Source: Phoronis australis
Lineage: Eukaryota > Animalia > Phoronida
Reading direction: 5' to 3'
Length of the DNA stretch: 64,000 nt
NCBI GenBank assembly: GCA_002633005.1
Contig: NMRA01000023.1
Span: forward strand, 1,270,396 to 1,334,395
In this document: in pieces, positions 1-11,937 of the stretch
How positions within the stretch are numbered: position 1 is the stretch's first letter
How the letters are laid out: each line of letters begins with the position of its first letter
Made by a program: the position numbers and the translations under genes
The notes under the pieces: generated by a model
Told to the model about the DNA's origin: nothing
Databases searched by the model: none
Seen by the model: only the letters and a program-made list of their open reading frames with translations

Positions 1-299
1 GTTTAGTAATCATGCCACATTTGAAGATTTTCCATGGCAATCAAGTTGTCTTGAGCCCATAACCTCATGTCAACCAAATGTACGCCACATTGCAACATAT
101 ACCCGGGCTAATGCTTCGTTGATACTCAATAGAAATGTTTGGGTATGAAGTGACATGACAAACTTTATTGCTGAAGTAAGTTGTATGTAACAGTGCAGCA
201 TAAAAAATTCGACTATATAAAATCAATGCTTAAAATAAAACGTACTGAAAGATTTAACAAAGGTTAACCAATACTAAAAAGCTTTTAAAGTATAAGCCC

Positions 300-900
300 T
301 GATACAAACTGCATGGATGTGAGTTACATAGACACTGTGACTTATTTCAAATTGTATGGATTGTAGAAGAGAACTTAAAATGTCACGCAGATGACATCAA
401 AATCGGTACATACATTTTTAGTTACAGAGTAGGCGTGAGCAAATAGTTTTCTTCGTCAACATGAGATAGCATAGTCATTCATAATTATATCACCAAATAT
501 TCAATCTCTTGTACCACCTTTAAAGGTTCACCATAATAAAACAGTTGTGTAATGCAGGGCTTCCCTAACACTTTTAAACATACCATTACCATACAGTGAT
601 AGTGATTGAAGTTCTTGTGGTGAACCACATACTGCAAGAAGTTCAGAAACACCAATTCAATCTCTTGTACCACCTTTAAAGGTTCACCATAATAAAACAG
701 TTGTGTAATGCAGGGCTTCCCTAACACTTTAAAACACATACCATTACCATACAGTGATAGTGATTGAAGTTCTTGTGGTGAACCACATACTGCAAGAAGT
801 TCAGAAAGACCATCAACTGAGGGCGAGAACAGAACAAGGTCATCGGCATACATGAAAGTATTGATGTACACAGGAGCTACTAGAGTGACACAGACAGTTC
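300..900 (-). mobile_element. degenerate LINE reverse-transcriptase fragment (RTE-X-like)
   Basis: ORF 485..1072 encodes INTFMYADDLVLFSPSVDGLSELL, with the YADD RT motif, followed by ...LKVVQEIEYL. A segment is duplicated (about 499-648 and 655-808). Confidence 0.8.
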
Positions 901-3069
901 CGTATATATAGTCATTCATAAGTGAGCCAAGTCCAACCATGTCCACATTGAAAGGTTGACAGTCAGTATACCATCTGGTCTTACACCATTTGAATATTTG
1001 ATGTATTAAATACGAACGCTGTTGATAGCCACGGGAACCAAAGTCCATCAAATTTGAGGACGAAATTCCCACCTCTGCTTATTAAAATGACACCATATGA
1101 CTTATAGACTCTTTTGTCAATCCTGCTAGAGGTACTGCAGGAAATTTGGTGCACTGCAACTGGTTGTAACGCCGTGGTCCCGCATGTTAATCAAAGCCCA
1201 GAGTTTTGACAAATGACAGTCACTGAAATCAAGCAATCAAGATTAAATGAAATAAATTATTAACCTCCGAGAAGGAATATAACACAGATCACCCGAACTG
1301 ATTGAGTAAATCACCCAATTCCACGACTGTACTCTCAACCCAGGTGTGAAACCGTGTATATGAATAAAGTCGGATATCTGAATGACTGGTAAGTACTTTT
1401 TTCAATTGGTTTTTCCAAAACAAAAACCTGTTTGGTAAAATTTTGATGGCTCAGAGAACACATAAGTAGTCAAAGCATGTAACTTCCAGGATGCTTATAG
1501 CTGAAAGGCACCATGACTGTTGGCTCTGGTGTTATTCTGGTTACACAGCGTTCTAAACAGTGATTTTGTGCAAAATATCCAAGGAAATATATGCACGTGC
1601 TGCCTGTTTGAAACTATTTCATGTTAGCGCCAGTACCTTTGGAAAACACCCAAACAAAGTTTTGCAATGTGCACCAGACTGTCACTTTATGCTACATTTT
1701 CAAATTTTGGTTTACTGCCACTAAAAATTAGCAGCTCAGATGTTATTGACTTTGAATCACTGCTTTCTGGTCATACAGATCTACGAACTAGTTCCAAACT
1801 AACTAGCTTCCCTCCTTGACGGATTCGTTAACCTTCAACCTGATAGGGCAATTTTAAAAACAATTTCAGTTGTCGTATTAGGACTTGAAAACCTTCAGAG
1901 TGTCGAGATGTACCTTATTCATACTAATAAAGTATAAAACCTCAAACATATTAGCTTACCATGTGATCTGAATTGAAAACTAAAAGTAAAAAAGAAGGTA
2001 TGTCATCACATTATTCATGGGTAAATGTGTCCTAAGGTACACACAAGTCCTAGTCCATTAATTTGAAAATTATAACGTTGAACTTTCATGACACGAGATA
2101 CTGAACAGTGATTCTGAGCAAAATGATCGACAGTTTTTGAGCAGGTGCCTGCTTGAAACCAGTTCCTGGAAGAACCGGTGCCTCTGGAAAGAATCCAAGC
2201 AAAGTTCAGCAATGTGCACTGAGCTGTCGCTTTTATTCATATTTTAAATTTTTGGTTTAACACCAAACTACGATTCTATTGCTCCGCTGTTGTCGACATT
2301 GAATCACTGGTTTCTGGTCACATAGTTCTTCGAACTAAATTCGAACTAATTAGCTCTCCTCTATGACGGATTTGTGAACCTTAGACACGACAGGTCAATT
2401 TTCTAAACTTTTTTGTTATATTATGTGTGTTATGACGTGAGAGCCTTCAGAGCTTTGATCTGTACACTATTCATACCAGTGCATTATGAAACGCAAACAA
2501 CGTTAGTTTTTCTTCATCATTTTCGTCTTAAAAACTTCTTCCGTTTTGGTTATCCAAGGGTCGCAGCGTAACTTTTGGGAATGGGTATGGCGTGTAAATA
2601 GACAAACACGTGTATTAATATGATTTACAAACAATCAAAATTACGTGTTTTCAATTTGCTACTCAGATGTTAATGGAAATTTTTTTGTCCCTAGCTCAAC
2701 AGAAATCGGAAACGGGGGCCACTGCTCGGCTCCATCTGGTTGTGACATCTGCAAATGATATCACATTACATCATTCACTATGCATATTGAGGTCTTGAAA
2801 GTCATTTGGGTTCATTCGTGCTTTCTTTCTTGATATGTTAGGGCTTGTGTTAATATGTTAGTCCAAGTGTTAGTCGGGATTAGAAAGAACGTTAGCATCA
2901 ACGCTAAAAAACCAGCAAGAAATGAAACAAAATGTCTATTCCTAGAGAATGATAATACATTTGATAGAAGGGCAGATTGATCTATTGACATAAAGGTACC
3001 TCATCACAGCCCAAACATCAATACAGAAGGAGAACCCAGGTTATACAAGCAAAATCCACCAAACACTTA

Positions 3070-4408
3070 AAAAGAGCAACACGGAGCGTTGAAATGCGCC
3101 CACGAATGCTTCGCAAATGGTGAGCTTTTACGGTTGTTTATTTGTATCATAAAAATTGTCACTAGATGGAGAAAAAACGTACAATCCAGCCGAAACCGGA
3201 ACATGTCATTGCTCCTTTAATAGAATCATCTCACCGATAGCTGCCTATATTCTAAATTTTCTAAAAACCTGTTAAGGACATTTGAAGATACAGAGCTAAA
3301 CCTAAAAAGCAAAAATTACCAATAAGGGGCAAACTGGTAGTCAGTTCCGACCAACAGTTGTGGTCATTCGTTATCAACATCATATAAATACACTTACTAA
3401 ATTTAGTAAAGATCCCGCAAACGGTTTAGGAGATATAGCCTTGGGCGCAAAAAAAAACTGGCAATAGGAGGCGCCAGGGCACTTAAAGACGCCGGAAAAT
3501 CATCGTCAGATGTCCTCATCGTAGTAATAACATACATGCCAATCTTCACAATCATCCTTAGAGCGGTGTGGTTGATAGAGGGATAGACGCCAAAAAAAAC
3601 AGACTAGAAAACAGTAAAAATGGCCACTAAATGGCGAAAACTACGTCAAATCCATCCGAAAATGGGAGGATAGCGTCATCTCACTAACAGATGCCTATGT
3701 GCCAAATTTCATGAAAATTGGTTGAGGAACTTTTATAGATCCAGAGGCAGATGTAAAAAACTAAAATTGCCACTAGGGGACACAGCGGTATTCAGGTCCA
3801 TCCGAAACTCGTCGTCGCTCGTTGTCAACTTCTTATAAACACATTTGATGCATTTAATAAAGATCCGGTAGAGCCTTTAGGAGATACAGCTACGGGCGCA
3901 AAAACAAACAAAACTGTCACTAGGAGGCGCCACAGTAGTCGAAGTCGTCGGAAAATCATCGTCAACTGTAAGAACATACATGCTAATTTTCGCAATCATC
4001 TTTAGAGAGGTTTGGTTGACAGAGGGGTGGACGCCAAAAAACGGACTCGAAAATACTAAAAATGGCCTCTAGATTACGCAAGATACCTTGAATCCACCCG
4101 AAAACGTAAGAATAGCGTCACCTCATTAATAGATGCCTATGTGCCCAGTTTCATGAAAATCGGTTGAGGACCTTTGAAGATACAGAGGAAAATGTAAAAC
4201 ACTAGGGGGAACAGCGGTATTCGGCTCGGTCCGAAACTCGTCGACCTCTGTCGTCAACCCCATAGGAACACACCTGCCAAATTTCAATAAGATCCTGCGA
4301 GGGGTTTAGGAGATACAGCCGCGGACGCCGGACAGCCAGACGCCCGGACGCCCAGACAGAGATGACGGCAATATGCACCCACATATAAATATTTGGGCGC
4401 ATAAAAAA
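3070..4408 (+). mobile_element. Helentron-associated non-autonomous element (HINE/DINE-1-like)
   Basis: 5' AAGAG...ATGCGCCCA (3094-3102), ~430-bp internal tandem units, a GGAC/AGAC microsatellite (4321-4360), and a 3' stem-loop ATGCACCCA...TGGGCGCAT plus A-run whose right arm is complementary to the 5' sub-terminal motif. It is inserted in an A-run of the host repeat with no TSD (empty site near 10585). Confidence 0.75.
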
Positions 4409-7400
4409 TCTAATTACAATGACATGGACACCACATTGTTTTCAAGCAGGCTTAGAACTATAGCTGCAAGTGTCGGCAAGACCAAAAGCTTACAATAATG
4501 CGTCCACATATAAATATGTGGGCGCATAAAAACGGAAGGTAAACATCTTTATCGATCTTCATGTAACCGTTAAGACACAATCTCTTTGGCTCACTGGCGG
4601 TGGTGGCAAGGACAGGGTCGTGCTTGTTCAGTTTCTGTATGACCCTGGAAAAACGTATACATTACTTTCAGGTTCAAAATTTATATCTCAGAGAGAATTT
4701 TCGGATTGATGTAAAACTTTCAAATGGTACGATTTAAACACCGTTCACAAAACGAAAATCATATTTTAAAATGTTAACAGGATTTTGAGATCAATTCAGA
4801 ACAATTTCTTCAAATTAAATTCTATCTGGTTATTGATACGGTGGCTTTGTTTTTTACAAAATTTTACGGCTTTTGAGAGATGGTGCTGTAACCAAGTATG
4901 AAACATTGTACCTGAATCAAACAGATGTCTGAATAACTGGCTGGTAGATTTTCACATCATTTTCCCAAATCAAACAAGTGTTTGGTGAAGTTTTGAAGGA
5001 TCAAAGTACAAACAAGTAGTGGAATCGTGTAATTTTCAGGAGGTTTACAGCTGGTCAGCACCATACCTTTTGGATTTGTTTTCATTCGTGTATGTGGTAC
5101 TGCAGTGCCCTTGGTACACTGCCACTGTTCCCAAAGTCAGATCCTGCACGTCAATACTATTCCTTTCAGCCAAAATCCAGTAGTTCGACGAAAGGCCAAG
5201 TCCCTGAAAACCTATAATAAGCTTCAAAGGAAGTCAACACGTTGGAGGCGAATAACCCATATGATCTGTATTGAAAACTACAATTGAGAACTAGTGTGCG
5301 CAGAAGTTGCGAAATCACCATATTCATGGGTCCGAATGTTTGCAAATCCAAAAATTAACACAAGTCCGAAAGTCTTTTAGTTCGAAAGTTAAAATGTTGA
5401 ACGTTCATGACACGAAGTACTGAACAGTGATATTGAAAAAATGAGAGTTTTGAACAGATGTTTGCTTGAAATAAGTTCCTGGAAGAACCGGTTCTTCTGG
5501 ATAGAGTCCAAGCAAAGTTCAACTATGTGCCCCGAGCTGTCGTTTTAAATCATATTTTATATTTTGTCTTAACTGCACTACAATTTTGTTGCTCCGCTGT
5601 TGCTGACATTGATCAATGGTTTCTGGTCTCATACATCTTCGAACTAAAATCGAACTAACTAGTTCCAGTCTGTGACGGATTTGTGAACGTTCGACATGAC
5701 AGGTCAATTTTAAAAACATTTCTTTGTTATATTATTTTGTCATGATTTGATAACCTTCAGAGCTTCGAGCTGTACCCTTTTAATACTAGTGCAGTATGAA
5801 ACGCAAGCAACGTTAGTTTACCTTCATCATTTTTGTCTTAAAGAGTTCTTCCGTTTTGGTCATCGGTTGGTCTCAGCGTAATTTTTGGGAATGGGTATGG
5901 GGTAAGTAGACAATAACGTGTATTAATATAATTTACAAACAATTAGCAAAACTACCTGTTTTCAATTTGCTACTCATATGTTAATTGATTTTTTGTCTCT
6001 AGCCCGGCAGAAATAGGTCACGGGAGCCACTGCTCGGCTCCATTTGGTTGTGACATCCCCAAACGATATCAAATAACACCATTCACTAAGCATGTTGATT
6101 CATTCTTTCTTGTAATGCAAGAGCTTTTATAAATATGTTAGTCCAAGTGTTAGTCGGGATTAAAAAGAACGTTATCATCAACGGATGCTAAATGAATAAT
6201 TTTTGTCCCTAGCCCGGCAGAAATGAATCACGGGAACCACTGCTCGGCTTCAACGCGTTGTGGCATCTGCAATTCATATCAATTAACACCATTCATCATG
6301 CACTTTTTGAAATTGAACGTCATTTGAATTCATTCATGTTAACTTTCTTGGTATGTTAAGACTTGTGTGAGTATTTTAGTGCAAGGGTTAAACGAGATTA
6401 GAAAGAATGTCAGTGTCACCACAAAAGAACCACCAAGAAATGAAACAAAACTTCTAGTCCTGGAGAATGATAATACATTTGATAGATGGCAAGATCTATT
6501 CATTGGAATAAGTGTACGTCATTACAACCCAAGCATTAATACATTAGGAGAACCCAGACTGCAACTAAAATACAGCAAACACTAAAAAATCTATAACTAC
6601 AACGATATGAACACCGCATTGTTTTCTCGCAGGTGGAAAACTGTAACTGCAAGTTGCGTTGACTACAAAATTTTACCAATAACGAAAGGAAAACATATTT
6701 CGTCCTTCATGTAACGGCTAAGACAGCATCTCTTTGGTTCACTGCCGGTAGTGGCGAAGTTAGTTTTTTGCTTTTTGAGTTCCTGCTTTACCCTGGAAAA
6801 GCGTATCCATTTCTTTAAGTTTTAAAGTTTGTATCTCAGAGAGAATTGTTCAGAAGTAAGTAAATCTTTCAAATGTTATGATTCAATTACCGTTCACATA
6901 ACGAAAGCCAATTGATCATATTTCAAAATATTAATAGGTTTTCTGAAATCAATTCAGAAACACTTTCATCAAATGAAATTCTCTCTTGTTACTGATACGG
7001 TGGTTTTGTTCTTTTTTGCTATATTTTACGGTTCTTGAGAGATTTTGTGTTAAAAAACGTACATGAAAAAGACAGATGCCTAAATGCCTGGCGAGTACAT
7101 CATTTTTTACTTCATTTGTCCAAATCAAACCAGTGTTGGGTGAAGTTTGAAGGCTCAAAGAACACCCAAGCAGTCGGAAAATGTAACTTTCAGGAGGTTT
7201 ACAGTTGATCAGCACCATTGGTTTTGGATTTGATATCATTCATGTAAGTGGTGCTGCAGCACCCTTGGTAAGCTTTTAACTATTAGCGAAGTCCAACCCC
7301 ACATGCTAATGCTACACTGGCGAGCCAAAGTCCAGCAATTCGACGAAAGGCAAAGTCCTTAAAAAATCTGCAATAAGGATCAAACGAAGTCAACACCCTG

Positions 7401-8101
7401 AAGCCAACAACCCATATGATCTGAATTTAAAACTATTAATGAAAAAGATTGAAGGCAGACTATGAATCACGGTATCCATGGGTTCGAATGTTTGCAAGTC
7501 CAAAAACAAATATCTCCTCAGGTATACACAACTCCTAAAGTCCATTAATTCAAAAGTTAAAATGTTAACTTTCGTGACACGAGGTTCTGAAATGTGACTT
7601 CGAGCAAAGTATTCGAAAGTATTTGTGCACGTGCCTGCTTGAAACCACTTCCTGGAAGAACCGGTTTTTCTGGATAGAAACCAAGCAAGCACAGCAATCT
7701 GCACTGAGCTATAGCTTCTATTTTTATTCTTAGTTTTTGGTATACCCGCACTACAACTTTGTTGCTTAACTGTTATTGACTTTGAATCACTGGTTTCTGT
7801 TCTCATAGATCTTCGTACTAGATTCGAACTAAATAGCTCTCGACTATGACGGATTTTTGAACCTTTGTCATGACAGGGCATATATAAAAACATTTTCTTT
7901 GTCATATCATCGGTGTTATGTCTTGAAAAACTTCAGATTGTAGAGCTGTAACCTATTTATACTAGTGCAGTATGAAACGCATGCAACGTTAGTTCACCTT
8001 CATCATTTTCTTCTTAGACTTCTTCCGTTTTGATTACCCAATGGTTGCATCATAGTCACCTTGGGGATGGGCACGACGGCGTGTAAATAGACAAAATGGT
8101 A

Positions 8102-10134
8102 TCTATTAAATAAAATCCATCGTTTGCACAAACTCCGTCTCCCCCCGCTTCACTACAGAACTTCGTTTTGCCCGTTTCAGCACTGCCTTAGTCTCGGGTA
8201 TTGCACCGGTCACCTATTTGGATTCGAGGTGTTCTATTTTTTTCTCATGGGCAGTTGTTTCGCGGATGCAGAGGGAGGGTGGCCAGTTTCGTACTATTCT
8301 TGCTGACGTCAGTTCGTCTGCTCAATGACCTGGGTGATGTCACTCCGTCGGCTTAATTTTACTCCCTCCGGTTTCTGTCACGTATATAATTCATCGGGCC
8401 TGTCGCCGCCAAACTTAATGATGCCTCATTAAAAAATTCTTACTCCTCCTTTAGTAAACTAAATTATTTACCCTGCTGTTGGAAAAAAAATTGCAATGCT
8501 CTCTTTGGGCGCCATTGCATCACCTGTTGGCCAATTTCCATGTTATTCAATCAAATGCGAGGCTGCGAACAAGTCATAACAATCGCAAGTGGTTTCATTT
8601 CATTTCATTACAAGTTTTTACTATTTTATTATCAGAAAACCCAATTTCATGAAAATCTCACCAGAGGTAGGCCTATCGCAAAATTTTCGGAAATGGCGCG
8701 TACGTGCGCGTCACAAGCATGCGCTGTTTTCAAAACGACCACAGATTTCTATTTGTTACAAAAGGCGGAGAATTACGAAAAATACGTTTATTAGATTATC
8801 TTTTTACTTCTATAAAAGGCTGTAACGGGCAAGGTGAATGTCGGTTCATTCCCAGATTCTGCATGCGCCCCTGTAGCTTAAATGCATCGTTTGCACAAAC
8901 TCCGTCTCCCCCGCTTCACAGCAGAACTTCGATTTTCCCGTTTCGGCACTGCCTTAGTGTCAGGTATTGCACCGGCCCCCTATTTGGATTCGAGGTGTTC
9001 TATTTCTTCTCACGGGCCGTTGTTTCGCGGACGCGGAGGGAGGGTGGCCAGTTTCGTACTGGCCTTGGTGACGTCAGTTCGTCTGCTCAATGACCTGGGT
9101 GATGTCACTCCGTCGTCTTAATTTCACTCCCTCCGGTTTCTGTCACGTATATAATTCATCGGGCCTGTCGCCGCCAAACTTAATGATGCCTCATTAAAAA
9201 ATTTTTACTCTTCCTTGAGTAAACTAAATTATTTACCCTGCTGTTGGAAAAAAATTGTAATGCTCTCTTTGGGCGCCATTGCATCACCTGTTGGCCAATT
9301 TCCATGTTATTCAATCAAATGCGAGGCTGCGAACATGTCATAACAATCGCAAGTGGTTTCATTTCATTACAATTTTTTAATATTTTTGATCAGAAAACCC
9401 AATTTCATGAAAAACTCTCGAGAGGTATCGCAAAATTTTCGGAAATGGCGCGTACGTGCGCGTGTCACAAGTATGCGGTGTTTTCAAAACGACCACTGAT
9501 TTTCATTTGTTACAAAAGGCGGAGAAATGCGAAAAATACATTTATTAGATTATCTTTTTACTTCTATAAACGGCTGTAACGGGCAAGGTGAATGTCAGTT
9601 CATTCCGAGATTCTGCATGCGCCCCTGTAGGTTGTTAGCTCTAAGTTTCACAACGAGGTGGCAAGCTGAGCACCGGGGTTGTGTGAAATTTCGGTGTCTA
9701 ACGGTGAGCTCTACACACAGCTACCTAGCTGTATGTTGACGATAGTCTTCATACAGCTAGATGGCTTTCTACTTCAGAATGTACATTTATGATGCAACTT
9801 TTGTAAATACATCTATATATTTTGTTTACTGTACAGTATTTTAAATACATTCTTAGTTTTCACTTTAAAGAATAATTATCTGATTACTGTATTTTGTGTT
9901 ACGGCAGGGTCAAATGTTCTAGAAAGAAATTTGTACTGCCTGGAGAAAGAATCCCGCAGCCGCACACCTTATCTATTAAAATCTGACAGGTGAAATTCTA
10001 CTTGAAGCTTTGAACACGGCCTTTCAAGAAGTATTCTTGTCTCTTGCGATGAACACTAATGTTCAATCTTAGGAGTATCTACATATATTTCCCTTGGCGT
10101 TTCCCACTAGCTGCTACCCGTGCGAAAACATTAT
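8102..10134 (+). mobile_element. Helitron-like non-autonomous insertion with an internal ~770-bp tandem duplication
   Basis: It interrupts the 2.15-kb unit between ...ggtA and TTAATAC... (empty site near 5920) and begins A|TCTATTAAATAAAA. A second TCTATTAAAA occurs at ~9972. Segments 8116-8880 and 8885-9630 are near-identical. The canonical 3' hairpin-CTAG is not clearly intact. Confidence 0.55.
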
Positions 10135-11321
10135 TAATACAATTTACAAACAATCAGCAAAATTACCTCTTATCAATTTGCTACTCGGGTGGTAAATAAA
10201 TAATTTTTGTCCCTACCCTGGCAGAAATGGGTCACGAGAACCACTGCTAGGCTCCAATGGGTTGTGGCATCTGCAAATGATATCAAATAACACAATACAT
10301 CATGCATTTTTAGAAATTGAACGTCATTTGGGTTCATTCGTGTTGACTTTCTAGGTATGTTAAAGCTTGTGTTAGTATGCTAGTGCAAGTGTCAGTCGAG
10401 ATTAGAAAGAACGTCAGCGTCACCGAGAAAGAAACACCAAGAAATGAAACAAAAGGTCTAGTCCTACAGAATTATAATACATTTGATAGATGGCCAGATT
10501 TATCAATTGTACTAAATGTACGTCATCACGAACAAACATTAATTCATTGGGAGAACCCAGACTACAACTAAAATACAGCAAACACTAAAAAATCTATTAC
10601 AATGACATGAACACCACATTGTTTTCTAGCAGGTGGAGAACTGTAACTGCAAGTGTTGGCGACTCCAAAACGTTACCAATAACGAAAGGAAAGCACTTTT
10701 ATCGTCCTTCATGTAACGGGTAAGACAGCATCTCTTTGGTTCACTGACGGTGGTGGCGAGGTTAGTTTCGTGCTTGTTCAGTTCCTGCTTGACCCTGGAA
10801 AAACGTACAAGTTTCTTTAAATTTTGTACCTCAAAGAAATCTGTTCCGAATTAAGTAAAACTTTTCAATTGTTATGATTCAAGTACATTTTACAAAACGA
10901 AAATCAATTGACCATGTTTTAAAATATTGACAGGATTTTGAGATCACTTCAGGAACACTTTCTTCAAATTAAATTCTCTCTTTTTATTGATACGGTGCCT
11001 TTGTTCTTTTTTGCTAAACTTTACGGTTTTTGAGAGACTTTGTTCTGATATCAAGTGTGAAAAAGCGTACATGAACAAAGACAGATGTCTAAATGCTTGG
11101 CGAGTAGATTTTCACTTCATTTGTTCAAACCAAACAATTGTTGGGTGAAGTTTGAAGGCTCAAAGAACACCTAAGCAGTCGAAACATGTAACTTTCAGGA
11201 GGTTTACAGCTGATCAGCACCATACCTTTTGAATTTGATATCATTAATGTAAGTGGTACTGCAGCGCCCTTGGTAAACTGTCGCTGTTCTTAGACTCGAT
11301 CCTGCATGTTAATGCTATCCT

Positions 11322-11937
11322 GGGTACTAGAATTAGGTACACCTAGGGCGATGACTTGTATTCCAAGCTGGTATTTATGAAAGTAACACAAAGAACTAAA
11401 TAGTTCTTTGCCTGTTGTATGTACAGAGGTATCAATGGCTTGGCTCCTGCATATCTCAACCGAAAATTCAATAGCAGTCAAGATGTATATTCTACACGCT
11501 CTTTTGTTGCTGGAAATGTTTCTTTTAAAAAAATTAAAACTGAGACTGGCACGAGATCTTTTCTCTATGCTGCTGCTACAATATGGAATTCTCTTATTTT
11601 AAACGTAATATTAAAAGGTGCCTGTAATTTACCTAACCTTTTTATACCCTACCTGTCTCAATCATGTCATTCTTTTCATTGTCGTAAATACTCTCAGTGT
11701 TTGGAGTCAGCTCTTTATTATTTCATATCTCTTCGTTAAATTTTCACCATTCTTCGTCATTTCTTTATTGTCTTAATTCTCAACGTGTTTTAATTATATC
11801 GCTTTACGAATATTTAATTGTTGTTTTATTACTTCATTGTATTATATGACTGTTTTTTTTGTTGAGGGCCCTCTTGGAAAGCTGTGCTATCACTGAAGAG
11901 GCCACCCTCATTTTAGATATCACAATTAAATAAATGA
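11322..11937 (+). mobile_element. 5'-truncated L2/Crack/CR1-group LINE 3' end
   Basis: Encodes MYRGINGLAPAYL...YSTRS...KTETGTRSFLYAAATIWNSL, a typical ORF2 C-terminus. It has a 3' GAGGG...CCCTC stem and an AATAAA tail, and an ATCCT duplication at 11317-11321 and 11938-11942. Confidence 0.85.

Noticed and set aside
485-1072. 195-aa ORF as a host gene
   Set aside because: It is a chimera of a decayed LINE RT fragment and an internal duplication.
7390-7905. 171-aa minus-strand ORF
   Set aside because: It lies in one unit of the degenerate array, and the frame is broken in the sister copies.
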